A stretch of DNA of 62,837 nucleotides from an archaeon (GCA_018653605.1 JABHYY010000004.1:1-62837); one strand, 5' to 3'. Shown: positions 30,028-40,517, counted from the stretch's first letter. Notes: generated from the sequence alone by a model not told the origin. Numbers and translations: made by a program.

Positions 30028-31131
30028 ATGAAAGTAACACCATGGGAAGTAACAGGGAAGGTTGACTACAGTAAATTGATTAAACAGTTTGGATTACAAG
30101 AGTTTAAAAAATTGCCAAAACAATTTCAAGATTTTCTTTTGTTTAGAAGAAAGATTATATTTGCTAATAGAGACTTTGACAGAATTCAAAATGCAATCAA
30201 AGCAAAAAAACCTTTTGCGATGATGACAGGTTGTATGCCTTCAGGCAAATTTCACTTTGGTCACAAAATGGTTGCTGATCAAATAATATTTTATCAATCC
30301 TTAGGAGCAAAAGTTTACATTGCAGTTGCAGACTTAGAAGCATATGCTTCAAGAAACCCTAACATGGATGAACTAAGAAAAACTGCCATTGAAGAATACT
30401 TAACAAATTACATTGCATTAGGATTAAAACCAAAAAACTGTGACTTTTATTTCCAATCTGACAGATCAAAAGATGGAAAAAAAGCAGGTGCTTATTACAA
30501 GCTAGCAGCATTGGCATCAAGACACGCAACATTCAATGAGTTCAAAGCAATTTATGGTTCAATATCACCAGGAAAAATGACAGCTTCTTTATTACAAGCT
30601 TCAGACATGTTGCATCCTCAGTTACCTGAGTTTGAAGGTGCACCAATACCAACTGTAATTCCTGTTGGTTCAGACCAAGATCCACACTTAAGGTTAGCAA
30701 GAGATATTTCACAGAGAATAAAAACACACAAATTTTTACAATTAAGTTCAACTTATCACAAATTTATGCCAGGATTAAAAGGTGGAAAGATGTCTTCTTC
30801 AGATCCTATTACTTACATTGCTTTAGATGAAGATCCAAAGGCAGCAAAAAAGAAAGTAAACAAGTATGCATTCTCTGGTGGACAAGCAACAGTTGAAGAG
30901 CACAGAAAAAAGGGTGGAAATCCAGATGTTGATGTAGCTTTCCAAATGTTAAAGTATGGGTTAGAAACTGACGACAAAAAATTAACAAATATTTACAATG
31001 ATTACAAATCAGGCGCATTACTTTCAGGCGAATTAAAAGCCATAACAATTGAAAAATTAACAAAATTCTTAGAACAGCACCAAAAGAACAGAATCAAAGC
31101 TAAGAAACAAATAGATAAATTTCTAAAATGA
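30028..31131 (+). CDS. trpS: Tryptophan--tRNA ligase
   Basis: VTPWEV, HFGH, DQDPH, KMSSS, AFSGG. Confidence 0.95.
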   Translation: MKVTPWEVTGKVDYSKLIKQFGLQEFKKLPKQFQDFLLFRRKIIFANRDFDRIQNAIKAKKPFAMMTGCMPSGKFHFGHKMVADQIIFYQSLGAKVYIAVADLEAYASRNPNMDELRKTAIEEYLTNYIALGLKPKNCDFYFQSDRSKDGKKAGAYYKLAALASRHATFNEFKAIYGSISPGKMTASLLQASDMLHPQLPEFEGAPIPTVIPVGSDQDPHLRLARDISQRIKTHKFLQLSSTYHKFMPGLKGGKMSSSDPITYIALDEDPKAAKKKVNKYAFSGGQATVEEHRKKGGNPDVDVAFQMLKYGLETDDKKLTNIYNDYKSGALLSGELKAITIEKLTKFLEQHQKNRIKAKKQIDKFLK

Positions 31132-31625
31132 TAAAATTAAGACATCTCACAATAGAAGATTCCAAGGATTATTGGCTTGCACATGATAAAATTTCTGAGA
31201 AGAATTTTAACTCCATACCTAAAAATATTCAACAAGCAAGAAAAGAAGTAAATAAACACATTAAACACTATTCTGTACCTGTTAATAAAAGAGAAGAAGA
31301 ATGTTTTGCAATTGAGTACAATGGTGAGTTTGCAGGCTGGATTAACATACATGACATTTCTTATGAACATAAAGCAGTAACTGGATCTTTGGTTGCTCCA
31401 CACTTTAGAAAAAAAGGAGTTGGAACAAAAGCACACAAAATTTTAATCAAACATGCTTTTAAAAAATACAAACTTAAAAGAATTTCTGGAAGATTAAGAG
31501 CATTCAATAAAGCTTCTGGCAGAATGTTAGAAAAGTCAGGATACAAGTTTGAAGGCAGAAATGTTAAAGATTATAAGAGGAATGGTAGGTACTATGACCA
31601 TTTAGTTTATGCAATAACTAGATAA
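31128..31625 (+). CDS. GNAT acetyltransferase (RimJ/RimL-like)
   Basis: FRKKGVG, N.AS.R.LEK.GY..EG. Confidence 0.88.
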   Translation: MIKLRHLTIEDSKDYWLAHDKISEKNFNSIPKNIQQARKEVNKHIKHYSVPVNKREEECFAIEYNGEFAGWINIHDISYEHKAVTGSLVAPHFRKKGVGTKAHKILIKHAFKKYKLKRISGRLRAFNKASGRMLEKSGYKFEGRNVKDYKRNGRYYDHLVYAITR

Positions 31626-31656
31626 ACTTAAATATTACAAATCCTAATAGTTATTT

Positions 31657-32154
31657 ATGGTTGAAATTAGAAAAACACTTAGCAAACTAAAACCAAAGAT
31701 TGTACATTTTATTCTTTCTATTGATAAAGAAGGAAAACCTTCAGGTATGGTTGCAGATTGGGCAACAACAGTTTCATACAACCCACCACTTATTGCAGTT
31801 GCTTTGAAAAAGAAAGGTTTTACTCATAAATTAATCCAACAAAGTAAAGAATTTGTTGTTTCTATAGCAACTAAAGATTTAGAACACGCAATTAGTTCTT
31901 TTGGTTATGTTTCAGGAGAAAAGATAGATAAATTCAAAAAAACAGATTTAAAAACACTACCTGCTAAAAAAATAAAAACTCCTATTCTCAAAGAAGCAAA
32001 ATACAACTTTGAATGCAAATTAAATAAAGAAATAGATGTTGGAGACCATTTCTTGTATGTTGGTGAAGTAGTTCAAGCCCATGAAAATTCTAAAAAAGAA
32101 ATCTTGCTTAATTTTGGAAGAAAGAATAATATAAGAATATTTGGTACCCGATAG
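31657..32154 (+). CDS. Flavin reductase family protein
   Basis: VSYNPPLI, FEC.L, GDH.L.VGEV. Confidence 0.88.
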   Translation: MVEIRKTLSKLKPKIVHFILSIDKEGKPSGMVADWATTVSYNPPLIAVALKKKGFTHKLIQQSKEFVVSIATKDLEHAISSFGYVSGEKIDKFKKTDLKTLPAKKIKTPILKEAKYNFECKLNKEIDVGDHFLYVGEVVQAHENSKKEILLNFGRKNNIRIFGTR

Positions 32155-32186
32155 CTTTTTAATTAGACCTAATTTTCTTAAACTAC

Positions 32187-33152
32187 ATGCAAATAGAACA
32201 ATGCTACAACAAAGACTACACCTTTGTAGATGTTAGAACACCAAAGGAATTTGAAGAGGATACAGTTCCGGGTGCAATTAACATACCCTTATTCCAAAAC
32301 GATGAAAGAGCAATAGTTGGAACTATTTACAAAAAAGAAAGCAAAGAAAAAGCAATGGAAAAAGGTTTAGAAATTGTAAAAGAGAAATTAGGAGATTTTT
32401 ACAAAGAGTTTTCAAAACTAAAACAACCTTTAGTTATTTTCTGTTGGAGAGGTGGAATGAGATCCAAAAGCATTGTACAGTACTTAAAATCATTTGATAT
32501 AGAGGCACACCAGTTAGAAAGAGGATACAAAGCATACAGAGCTTTTGTAAGAGAACAACTAGAAACAATAAAAATTCCAAAATCAGTTGTACTTTATGGA
32601 TATACAGGTGCAGGAAAAACAGAAGTAATAAACAGATTAGATAATGGTTTAGACCTAGAAGGTTGCGCAAATCACAGAGGTTCAATACTTGGTGACATAA
32701 ACCTAAAACCACATTTACAAAAGAAGTTTGAATCTTTACTTCTAAAAAGATTAGAAGAACTAAAGAATAAACCATTCATAGTGATTGAATGCGAATCTAG
32801 AAAAATTGGAAAAAATACAATCCCAGAAAAAGTTTTTAAAAAAATAAAACAACCTTGGAAAACAGTATTCTTAGACAAAACAGTAGAAGAAAGAACAGAA
32901 ATTTCTTACAAAAACTACTATTTTGATAACAAAGATGAAATCATAGAAAAATTACAATTAATAAAAAACACATTAGGAGCAAAAAAATTAGAACATGTTA
33001 CAAATCTAATGAATACAAATAAAGTTAAAGAAGCTATCAAATTATTACTTGTTGATTATTATGATGGCTATTACAAAAAACTTTTTATCAAGTTTGATCA
33101 CACTGTAAAGAGTGACGAAGAATTCTTAAAGTTAACAAAAACCTTTATATAG
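32187..33152 (+). CDS. mnmH: tRNA 2-selenouridine synthase (rhodanese + P-loop)
   Basis: DVR.P.EF, CWRGGMRS, GYTGAGKT, DLEG.ANHRGS, ES.KIG, YYD.YY. Confidence 0.9.
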   Translation: MQIEQCYNKDYTFVDVRTPKEFEEDTVPGAINIPLFQNDERAIVGTIYKKESKEKAMEKGLEIVKEKLGDFYKEFSKLKQPLVIFCWRGGMRSKSIVQYLKSFDIEAHQLERGYKAYRAFVREQLETIKIPKSVVLYGYTGAGKTEVINRLDNGLDLEGCANHRGSILGDINLKPHLQKKFESLLLKRLEELKNKPFIVIECESRKIGKNTIPEKVFKKIKQPWKTVFLDKTVEERTEISYKNYYFDNKDEIIEKLQLIKNTLGAKKLEHVTNLMNTNKVKEAIKLLLVDYYDGYYKKLFIKFDHTVKSDEEFLKLTKTFI

Positions 33153-33198
33153 TTAATAATATACATTATAAATACATTTTACAAAAGGGGTGAGGTAA

Positions 33199-34689
33199 TT
33201 GAAAACAAAAAATAAAATAATTTTTATAATATTAGCAATTCTTTTATGCGTGTATTTAGTTTTAGCAGTACCTGCTGTTACTAATAACACACCAGCAAAT
33301 GACACATACACAAGTGATAATACACCAACAATAAATTTTACAATAACAAATAATGTTGATGTAGATGATATTAATTTTACAGCAGAACTTCAATTTAATA
33401 ATACAGTTATGAGATATAATATTACAAATGCTACAAATGGTTCAGCTTACAGTTTCTTATTAACAGCAAATGCATCAATTGCAGATGGATGTTACACATG
33501 GCACATTAGTTTAAATGATACTGTGCCTATGAATGGAACAGCCAACACTTTAACCATTGATACAACAAATCCACAAATAGATGTAGGTGATGGAACTGCA
33601 ACAAATAACAGTTTCTTATCAAATGATTGGATTTACCTTAATGCATCTATTAACGAAACAAACCCAGCAAACATAACCTTTATGTTATATAACACAACAG
33701 CTCAAGTAAATAGCACAATTTGGTTTATGGGAGCTTCAAACACAAATAATACTGTGAACTGGACAAGTTTACCAGATGGAAATTATACCTACAATGCTAC
33801 AGTTGTTGATGAAGTTAATCAAAAAAATACAACAGTTACAAGGTCAATAATCGTAGATACAACAGCACCAATTGTAACAGGTATGGGTCCTGCTAATGCA
33901 ACACTTGATACTGATGGGGTAAATTTTACTTTCAATGTTTCAGATGCTCAACAAGTGAACAATTGTACTTTATATGTTGCAGGTTCAGTGGCACAAGTAG
34001 ACACTTCAATTGTAAAGAATGTTACACAAAGCTTTGTAAATCTTTCATTACCTGTATCTGACGACTTACTATGGTTCGTAAGTTGTACAGACAATTCATC
34101 AAACATAGGAAACTCATCACTTTTTAGTATGGATACAAATGGTACAGCAGCTGCAACACCTGCAGCAAGTAGTAGTTCTTCAGGAGTCAGTTCAAGCACT
34201 TATAGTGCAGGTGAACTTACTGATGAGTATGAAAAGACTTTAGACAGAGGAGAAAAAGTCTCTTTTGATATTGATGGAGAAGAGTATAAGATAAAATTAT
34301 CTAACTTTAATAATGATGGTACAGTTGGAATATACTTCTATGGGACAAGAGAAACATATGATTTAGGAGAAGGTGACTCAATAGATCTAGATGTTGATGA
34401 AGATGGTGAGTATGATGTTACAGTCACTTGTGAAACCATTGATGGTGATGATTCAGCAATAATTCTAGTCAACTTGTTTGGCGCTGAAACAGCAACTGAA
34501 ACAACTACAGAAACTGAAACAGAAGAAGAAGAAGAGGAAATAGAAGCTGTTGAAGAAGAAGCTGAGTTAGGTGCTGAAGAAGAGGCAGAAGTAGAAGAGA
34601 CAAGCTCTAAATGGTGGTTATGGACAATTATAGTAGTAATCATAGCAATCATTATTGGTGCAGTAATATTCTTCCAAAGGAAGAAATAA
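33199..34689 (+). CDS. Surface glycoprotein with Ig-like domains and C-terminal TM
   Basis: Signal peptide, many NxS/T sequons, DTT.P repeats, Ser/Glu linkers, WW-TM-RKK. Confidence 0.8.
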   Translation: MKTKNKIIFIILAILLCVYLVLAVPAVTNNTPANDTYTSDNTPTINFTITNNVDVDDINFTAELQFNNTVMRYNITNATNGSAYSFLLTANASIADGCYTWHISLNDTVPMNGTANTLTIDTTNPQIDVGDGTATNNSFLSNDWIYLNASINETNPANITFMLYNTTAQVNSTIWFMGASNTNNTVNWTSLPDGNYTYNATVVDEVNQKNTTVTRSIIVDTTAPIVTGMGPANATLDTDGVNFTFNVSDAQQVNNCTLYVAGSVAQVDTSIVKNVTQSFVNLSLPVSDDLLWFVSCTDNSSNIGNSSLFSMDTNGTAAATPAASSSSSGVSSSTYSAGELTDEYEKTLDRGEKVSFDIDGEEYKIKLSNFNNDGTVGIYFYGTRETYDLGEGDSIDLDVDEDGEYDVTVTCETIDGDDSAIILVNLFGAETATETTTETETEEEEEEIEAVEEEAELGAEEEAEVEETSSKWWLWTIIVVIIAIIIGAVIFFQRKK

Positions 34690-34742
34690 TTTTTTTATTT
34701 TTTTTAATTAACTTTTTAAAGTTTGAATTCTATTAAATTTAT

Positions 34743-35486
34743 ATGGGAATTTTTAAAAAAAAGCCTTCAAAGGAAAAGGGAAAAAAAAGAGAAGGGTTAA
34801 TAAAAAAATTGCCTGATATAAAAACACTAGTAACAGAACTAAACACAATCCTACATGATTTAATGAGTAACTTAGATAAAAATTTCTCAATAGAAAAATT
34901 AAACAGAATAGCAGAATTACTTCAACAAATATATGGTCAACTTAATTCTAAAAAAGCTGATATACAAAGAGAAACTCCACAACTTTATGATGATTTAATA
35001 TTGTTAATTGCAAAATCACATTTGATTTTTAATGAAGTAAATCATATTCCAAAAAGAAATAAAGAAGAAGCTGAGATATATTTAGAAGCAATTTTACAAG
35101 AAATAATATCTTTAGTAGATGATTTATTTGATCTTCTAACTAAAATTGAAACAAGACTGAGGGCTTCAAAAGTGGTTATTTGGAGAATAATAAAAACTCG
35201 TCAATACAAAAATGGTATGAAAAAGCAAGTTTATGCAACAAACGAGACATTAATAAAAGAAACAGAATCTAGGATTATAGAATATTTTAGAAAAGGTGGT
35301 CTTCCTGGGTTAAATAATCTTGCAAAAATAGATCCAATTGGATTAACTGGCCATTTACATTCCAGTATTCCAAAACCTCTAGATAATCATAGAATCTTGT
35401 ATAATGTAGATATTTCTAAAAGAAAAATTGAACTTATTAAAATAGATACTCATAAAGGATTAGGCTTTGGTGGTTCTGGATCTTAA
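34743..35486 (+). CDS. Helical N-terminal domain fused to RelE/YafQ-like RNase domain
   Basis: T.QYK...KK ... H..I.....RILY.......LI.I.TH C-terminus. Confidence 0.55.
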   Translation: MGIFKKKPSKEKGKKREGLIKKLPDIKTLVTELNTILHDLMSNLDKNFSIEKLNRIAELLQQIYGQLNSKKADIQRETPQLYDDLILLIAKSHLIFNEVNHIPKRNKEEAEIYLEAILQEIISLVDDLFDLLTKIETRLRASKVVIWRIIKTRQYKNGMKKQVYATNETLIKETESRIIEYFRKGGLPGLNNLAKIDPIGLTGHLHSSIPKPLDNHRILYNVDISKRKIELIKIDTHKGLGFGGSGS

Positions 35487-35768
35487 AGCAGCTAACAATT
35501 CTGGCATGTACTCATCATGATTTTGGGCAGTTAATGAATATTCACTTGAAATTTTCCCTCTTTCTACAAAATCAGTTGCCATAGATTCACAAACTGTTGA
35601 TCCTAAAGACCTATATACTGGATTTCTAGTCAAATTTTCATCTCTTATGCCAAGAGAATTCCAAGCTTTTAAGAAATTTATTGGAGTTAAAACTCTAACA
35701 GCTAATTCATCTCCATCAAAACTAAATCTTGAATGTTGTCCCCACTCTAAATATTCTGTACTATCCAT
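35460..35768 (-). CDS. Hypothetical protein
   Basis: 102-aa ORF with TATA about 25 nt upstream. Confidence 0.55.
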   Translation of the reverse strand: MDSTEYLEWGQHSRFSFDGDELAVRVLTPINFLKAWNSLGIRDENLTRNPVYRSLGSTVCESMATDFVERGKISSEYSLTAQNHDEYMPELLAALRSRTTKA

Positions 35769-35826
35769 ATTCTAGAGTTTAAACCTACTATTTATAAACC
35801 TTACTAATAGAAAAAAATAAGAAAAA

Positions 35827-36135
35827 TTACTCTACAGATTCAATCTCTTTCTTCAAAGCTTCTTTTGACTGAAACCCAATAATCTCTTTAACTTGCTTAC
35901 CATCTTTAAAGATCAAAATATAGGGTATACTCCTAACTTCGTACTCTTTAGCCAATGTAGGATTATCTTCAGTATTAACTTTGCCAAACTTAACATCAGT
36001 CATTTCTTTGCTCAAATCATCAAAAATAGGCCCTAACTGTTTACAAGGTCCACACCATTCAGCAAAAAAGTCAACAACAACAACACCTTTTTTGATAAAC
36101 TCATGAAAATTTCCAGCATTTAATTCTTCACTCAT
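35827..36135 (-). CDS. trxA: Thioredoxin
   Basis: DFFAEWCGPCK, SIP. Confidence 0.95.
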   Translation of the reverse strand: MSEELNAGNFHEFIKKGVVVVDFFAEWCGPCKQLGPIFDDLSKEMTDVKFGKVNTEDNPTLAKEYEVRSIPYILIFKDGKQVKEIIGFQSKEALKKEIESVE

Positions 36136-36164
36136 TTTAATTAACCTCCAATTAATTTAATTAT

Positions 36165-36992
36165 TTATTCCTTTAATAATTTTGTTATTTCAGAAGGAAG
36201 ATTCACCACTTTGACGCCATTGTTTCTCAGTGCTTCAACCTTGTACTCCCAAGTCCCTTTTTTGCCATAGATTATAGCACCTGCATGCCCCATTCTTTTT
36301 CCTTTTGGTGCAGTCTTTCCAGCAATGTAAGCAATAACTGGTTTAGTCATAGTTTTGATATACTCAGCAGCTCTTTCTTCCAAATCACCACCTATTTCAC
36401 CAACCAGGATTACAGCTTTAGTTTTTTCATCCTTTTCAAACTCTTTAAGAAAATCAATAAAACTCAAACCAGCAATCATATCTCCACCCATTCCAACAAC
36501 TGTGGATTGCCCAATACCACTTCTGGTAAGTTCATTAACAATTTCATAAGTCAATGTTCCTGAACGAGAAACAATTCCAACATCTCCTTGTAAAAATAAA
36601 TAGTTAGGCATGATTCCCAACTTAGTTTTTCCAACAGAACACAAACCAGGACAGTTTGGACCAATTATAAGATTGTCACCTTTATGCTTAACAATTTCAA
36701 TCATATCATTCACAGGAATACCTTCAGTAATTATACAAATGTTTAGATTGTTTTCCAAAGCTTCTATACAAGCATCTTTAGCAAACTTTGCAGGCACAAA
36801 GATAACAGACCAATCAGGAGAATGTTTTTCAACTGCCTCTTTCACAGTTTTGTAAACAGGCATTGATAACTCTTTAGGATTTGGGTTAACACCAGCAACA
36901 ATGTTAGTTCCATAGTTTAGCATTTTATCTAAATGAAACAAACCTTGTTTACCTAGGCCTTGTACAATAACCTTTGCATTGTCAATTAACAT
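36165..36992 (-). CDS. sucD: Succinyl-CoA synthetase alpha subunit
   Basis: ITEGIP, IGPNCPG, SRSGTLTYE, GEIGG, MGHAGA. Confidence 0.95.
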   Translation of the reverse strand: MLIDNAKVIVQGLGKQGLFHLDKMLNYGTNIVAGVNPNPKELSMPVYKTVKEAVEKHSPDWSVIFVPAKFAKDACIEALENNLNICIITEGIPVNDMIEIVKHKGDNLIIGPNCPGLCSVGKTKLGIMPNYLFLQGDVGIVSRSGTLTYEIVNELTRSGIGQSTVVGMGGDMIAGLSFIDFLKEFEKDEKTKAVILVGEIGGDLEERAAEYIKTMTKPVIAYIAGKTAPKGKRMGHAGAIIYGKKGTWEYKVEALRNNGVKVVNLPSEITKLLKE

Positions 36993-36993
36993 T

Positions 36994-37281
36994 TTAATGT
37001 AAAGTTATCCTCCTTCTGCTATTCTGAAGAATTCCACAACAATCATAACAAAGAGGGGTCCTTTTACCTTCTCTAAATCCAGCTCCACCATGTTGAACAA
37101 GAACAAGATATCTTTCATTAGGGAAAAATATATCTCTACATGAATGACAGAAATCTCTCTTTCCAGATCCTAAAAATACATCTTGAACTTCAAAGGCACC
37201 TGCATCTTCAACAACTTCAATATACCCTCCTGGTTTATGGTACAATATGTTTGCTAATGTTCTTGCAATTTCTTCACTCAT
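36994..37281 (-). CDS. Hypothetical Zn-finger-like protein between sucC and sucD
   Basis: CHSC ... CYDC; ATGA overlap with sucC stop. Confidence 0.6.
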   Translation of the reverse strand: MSEEIARTLANILYHKPGGYIEVVEDAGAFEVQDVFLGSGKRDFCHSCRDIFFPNERYLVLVQHGGAGFREGKRTPLCYDCCGILQNSRRRITLH

Positions 37282-38246
37282 TTTACAATCTCCTTAACAC
37301 ACTCTTCCATTGAATCAAAAGCTTTGATACCATTTGCTAACAATATCTCTCTTCCTTTTTCTTGATTAGTCCCAACCATCCTAACCACCATTGGAATTCC
37401 AATTTTTTTATTAACAATAGCTTGCGCAACCTCATCACACCTAGAAATTCCAGCAAAAATATTAACTAACAATTTCTTAACATTCTTATTCTCAAGAACT
37501 CTATCAATAGCGTCTTCAACAACCTCAGTGCTAGAACCACCACCAACATCTAAAAAATTAGCAGGTTTTTCTCCATAGTAAGCTAAAGTATCCAAAGTCC
37601 CCATAACCAACCCAGCACCATTCCCAATAATTCCAACATCACCATCCAATTCAACATAATTCCCACCCTCTTTTTCACCTTCAAAATCTTGTCTAAACAA
37701 AGCATTATCATCAATAATAACTTTAGAGTCAGCTGCATACAACTTATGATCAGACAAAACTAAAGGATTAATTTCAACTAAAATAGCATCTTTCTCTTTT
37801 GCAATTTGTAACAGTTTTTGGAACAACTTTTGTTTTCCAGCACAAACTTTATCTTTAATATTTTCAAACTTACCTTTTACAATATCTTCTTTAGGGACAT
37901 CTTCAATATTGACACCACCTTTTGCAGATGCAACACAGATGTAACCCTTGCTATTCCTGTCAACAGTAACACTCAAGTAATGCTCTTCTTCAATGTTTAA
38001 CTTTTCTTCAATTAGAACTTGTTTTACTTCTTCACCTTTTATTTGCATTCCAAGTATTTGCTGTGAAACATCTTTAACATTAGTTTTATTTGCAAGCTTA
38101 ATACCTCCAGCTTTCCCTCTTCCACCAACCAAAACTTGTGCTTTTACAACAACATCTTGATCAACTTCATCTAATTTAAATTGTTTAGGTATGTTTATAC
38201 CATATTCTTTGAATATTTCTTTACCTTGTGATTCTAATAGTTTCAT
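37278..38246 (-). CDS. sucC: Succinyl-CoA synthetase beta subunit (compact)
   Basis: VKAQVL.GGRGKAGG, EINPL, NGAGL.M.T.D, ANFLDVGGG. Confidence 0.93.
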   Translation of the reverse strand: MKLLESQGKEIFKEYGINIPKQFKLDEVDQDVVVKAQVLVGGRGKAGGIKLANKTNVKDVSQQILGMQIKGEEVKQVLIEEKLNIEEEHYLSVTVDRNSKGYICVASAKGGVNIEDVPKEDIVKGKFENIKDKVCAGKQKLFQKLLQIAKEKDAILVEINPLVLSDHKLYAADSKVIIDDNALFRQDFEGEKEGGNYVELDGDVGIIGNGAGLVMGTLDTLAYYGEKPANFLDVGGGSSTEVVEDAIDRVLENKNVKKLLVNIFAGISRCDEVAQAIVNKKIGIPMVVRMVGTNQEKGREILLANGIKAFDSMEECVKEIVK

Positions 38247-38285
38247 ATTAAAGAAAAAAATCTTCTGGTTTAAAACAGTTTTGAA

Positions 38286-38597
38286 TTACTCAGCAAGAGA
38301 TTCACCATCTAAGGTATAATTTGCTGAATGTTCACTCATATAAAATGTCATAGGATTATTCATTCTAAAACCCCACTCCCTTGGAGAATCTGCGTGGGGG
38401 ACCTTATATTTGAATCCTGGCTTTGAACCAATGGTAACTAAATCATTAACTTCTAACGCTTGAGCAAGATCATGAAAAACTTGAACATCACCAATATGAA
38501 CTTCTCTTCGATCCATCCTATATTCAATATCATTATCTACAGATCTACCTATTTGTTCATGCAACCATGTTTGACATTCATCATTTGGAGTTCCCAT
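38286..38597 (-). CDS. Hypothetical protein
   Basis: 103-aa ORF with TATA about 25 nt upstream. Confidence 0.55.
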   Translation of the reverse strand: MGTPNDECQTWLHEQIGRSVDNDIEYRMDRREVHIGDVQVFHDLAQALEVNDLVTIGSKPGFKYKVPHADSPREWGFRMNNPMTFYMSEHSANYTLDGESLAE

Positions 38598-38633
38598 AAG
38601 AATTAGTTTTTAATTTACTATTTATAAAAATTT

Positions 38634-39146
38634 CTACTCCTTATACCTCAAACCAAACTTAACAGCCTCCAGGTTAGTAGCAAAGAACTTATCAGGTAAA
38701 ACCTTTTTCAACTCATCATCAGAAATTTTAAAACCTAATTCATTCAACACATCTCCAAAGGCAATCATGTTTACAACTCTTTTATCCTTAAACTTTTCCA
38801 AAGCATCGCCTCTAAAATCTCTTACTAAACAAGTTTCACATAAAAAACTAGAAGTATCACAATCAGGCCCACACACCTGTTTTTCAACAATAATTTTCTT
38901 AGCCTTAATCTTTTTTCTAACCTTGTCCAATAATAATAAATAATCAGCATTATCAATAACAGGACTACTAATATGTTCATCACCATAAGTTAAGTATCCA
39001 ACAATTTCTCCACCTCTCATTGCAGCATCATACTCAAAAGTTAAAACAACTTTATATCCTTTTAACACAAAGAATTCACCTAAAGCATGACCAAGGAATT
39101 TAATTCCATAACCACCAGTTCCAGCTAAGACTATTTTTTTAATCAT
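38634..39146 (-). CDS. korC: 2-oxoacid:ferredoxin oxidoreductase gamma subunit
   Basis: AG.GG.G, Y.A.MRGG, NMI..G; start adjusted, uncertain. Confidence 0.8.
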   Translation of the reverse strand: MIKKIVLAGTGGYGIKFLGHALGEFFVLKGYKVVLTFEYDAAMRGGEIVGYLTYGDEHISSPVIDNADYLLLLDKVRKKIKAKKIIVEKQVCGPDCDTSSFLCETCLVRDFRGDALEKFKDKRVVNMIAFGDVLNELGFKISDDELKKVLPDKFFATNLEAVKFGLRYKE

Positions 39147-39867
39147 TGTCATAAACTCCCAAATCCTTATCATCACCAACACTATCCTTTACAACATATT
39201 CTTCTTTCAAAGCCTTAGCAACCTCACCACCATTTTTCAAACCAAGTTGTGCACCATCATTAGTAAAACAATGTGTCCTAATCTCAACAAAACTAAATCC
39301 TTTGTGTTTTATACCTTTAGAAATAACTTCTTTCATATGATCCAAATGTGCACTTGAAGTTCTAGCATAAAATACACCTTTAATACCTTTCAACAAATTA
39401 AAAACATCAATAGGCTCACAATCAGAACCATGAGGTGAAGTAACAGTAACCTTACCTTTACAACTAGTAGGAGCTAACTGTCCACCAGTCATAGCATAAA
39501 TATTATTGTTAACACAAACAACAGTCATATCAACTCCTCTTCGTGCAGTATGTATCAAATGTTGCAATCCAATTCCCAATAAATCACCATCACCAGAAAA
39601 TACCAAAACATTCATATCATTATTTCCTCTTTTCAAACCTTCAGCAACAGCAACAGCACGACCATGACAAGTATGCACTGAATCCAAAGCAAAATATCCA
39701 GCAGCTCTACCAGTACAACCTATTCCAGAAACAACACTAACATTATCTTTAGAAAAATTCATTTCATCAAAAACTTTAGCAACCTGATTCATTGCTATAA
39801 TAATTCCACACCCACCACACCAAAGTGGAGGAAACTTGTCATAATTTATAAAATCTTTAAATGTCAT
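39139..39867 (-). CDS. korB: 2-oxoacid:ferredoxin oxidoreductase beta subunit
   Basis: WCGGCG, SGIGC, GDGD...NN.IY.MTGGQ..PT (TPP motif). Confidence 0.9.
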   Translation of the reverse strand: MTFKDFINYDKFPPLWCGGCGIIIAMNQVAKVFDEMNFSKDNVSVVSGIGCTGRAAGYFALDSVHTCHGRAVAVAEGLKRGNNDMNVLVFSGDGDLLGIGLQHLIHTARRGVDMTVVCVNNNIYAMTGGQLAPTSCKGKVTVTSPHGSDCEPIDVFNLLKGIKGVFYARTSSAHLDHMKEVISKGIKHKGFSFVEIRTHCFTNDGAQLGLKNGGEVAKALKEEYVVKDSVGDDKDLGVYDND

Positions 39868-40517
39868 GCTACCAACCTCCTTCTAATCCACCTAACTCTT
39901 TCTTCAGTAAAACTGATTCTATCACTAGTATCTTCTAAACCACTAATCTCTTCTACTAAACTATCAACCGATTGAACTAATGGTTGAAAACTCGATCTTT
40001 CAAAATCTTCAAATCCTAATTTTGTAAAAACCTTAGCAGTACTTACACCTAAATTTTCTGAAGCACACATATGAGTATAATCACTCAATCTTCTATCAAC
40101 ATAATTTACAAGTGTACTTACAATCCCTTTCCCTTGATGACCTTCCAATGTCCTACAAATAAGATAAAATGGTTTAGTAACATTAGTCCAACCTTCATCA
40201 TCACTACTTCCTCCATCTAATTCACCTCTAAGCCCAAAACCATCATGACATTCATAACCAACTAGAACAGAAACAGCTTTTGGTTTCTCACCACTAATTT
40301 TTGCACCTTGTTGAATTTGAGCTTTACCACTAACTCCCTCAGTCCAAAAACCAAAAACAATCTTTAAATCTTTTTTAGCTTTTAATTTTTCAGTAAAACT
40401 TTCTAAACTTTCATCAACTCTATCTTGTTGTTCTAGGATACCATAAGCTAAGGCAAGTGCTTCAGAACTTCTTGGGTTATTAGGAACTCTGATTTCAAAT
40501 GGAGTTGTGTAACGCAT
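39864..40517 (-). CDS. GNAT-like hypothetical protein inserted between korA and korB
   Basis: HQGKGI acetyl-CoA motif, F.KLGF. Confidence 0.6.
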   Translation of the reverse strand: MRYTTPFEIRVPNNPRSSEALALAYGILEQQDRVDESLESFTEKLKAKKDLKIVFGFWTEGVSGKAQIQQGAKISGEKPKAVSVLVGYECHDGFGLRGELDGGSSDDEGWTNVTKPFYLICRTLEGHQGKGIVSTLVNYVDRRLSDYTHMCASENLGVSTAKVFTKLGFEDFERSSFQPLVQSVDSLVEEISGLEDTSDRISFTEERVRWIRRRLVA

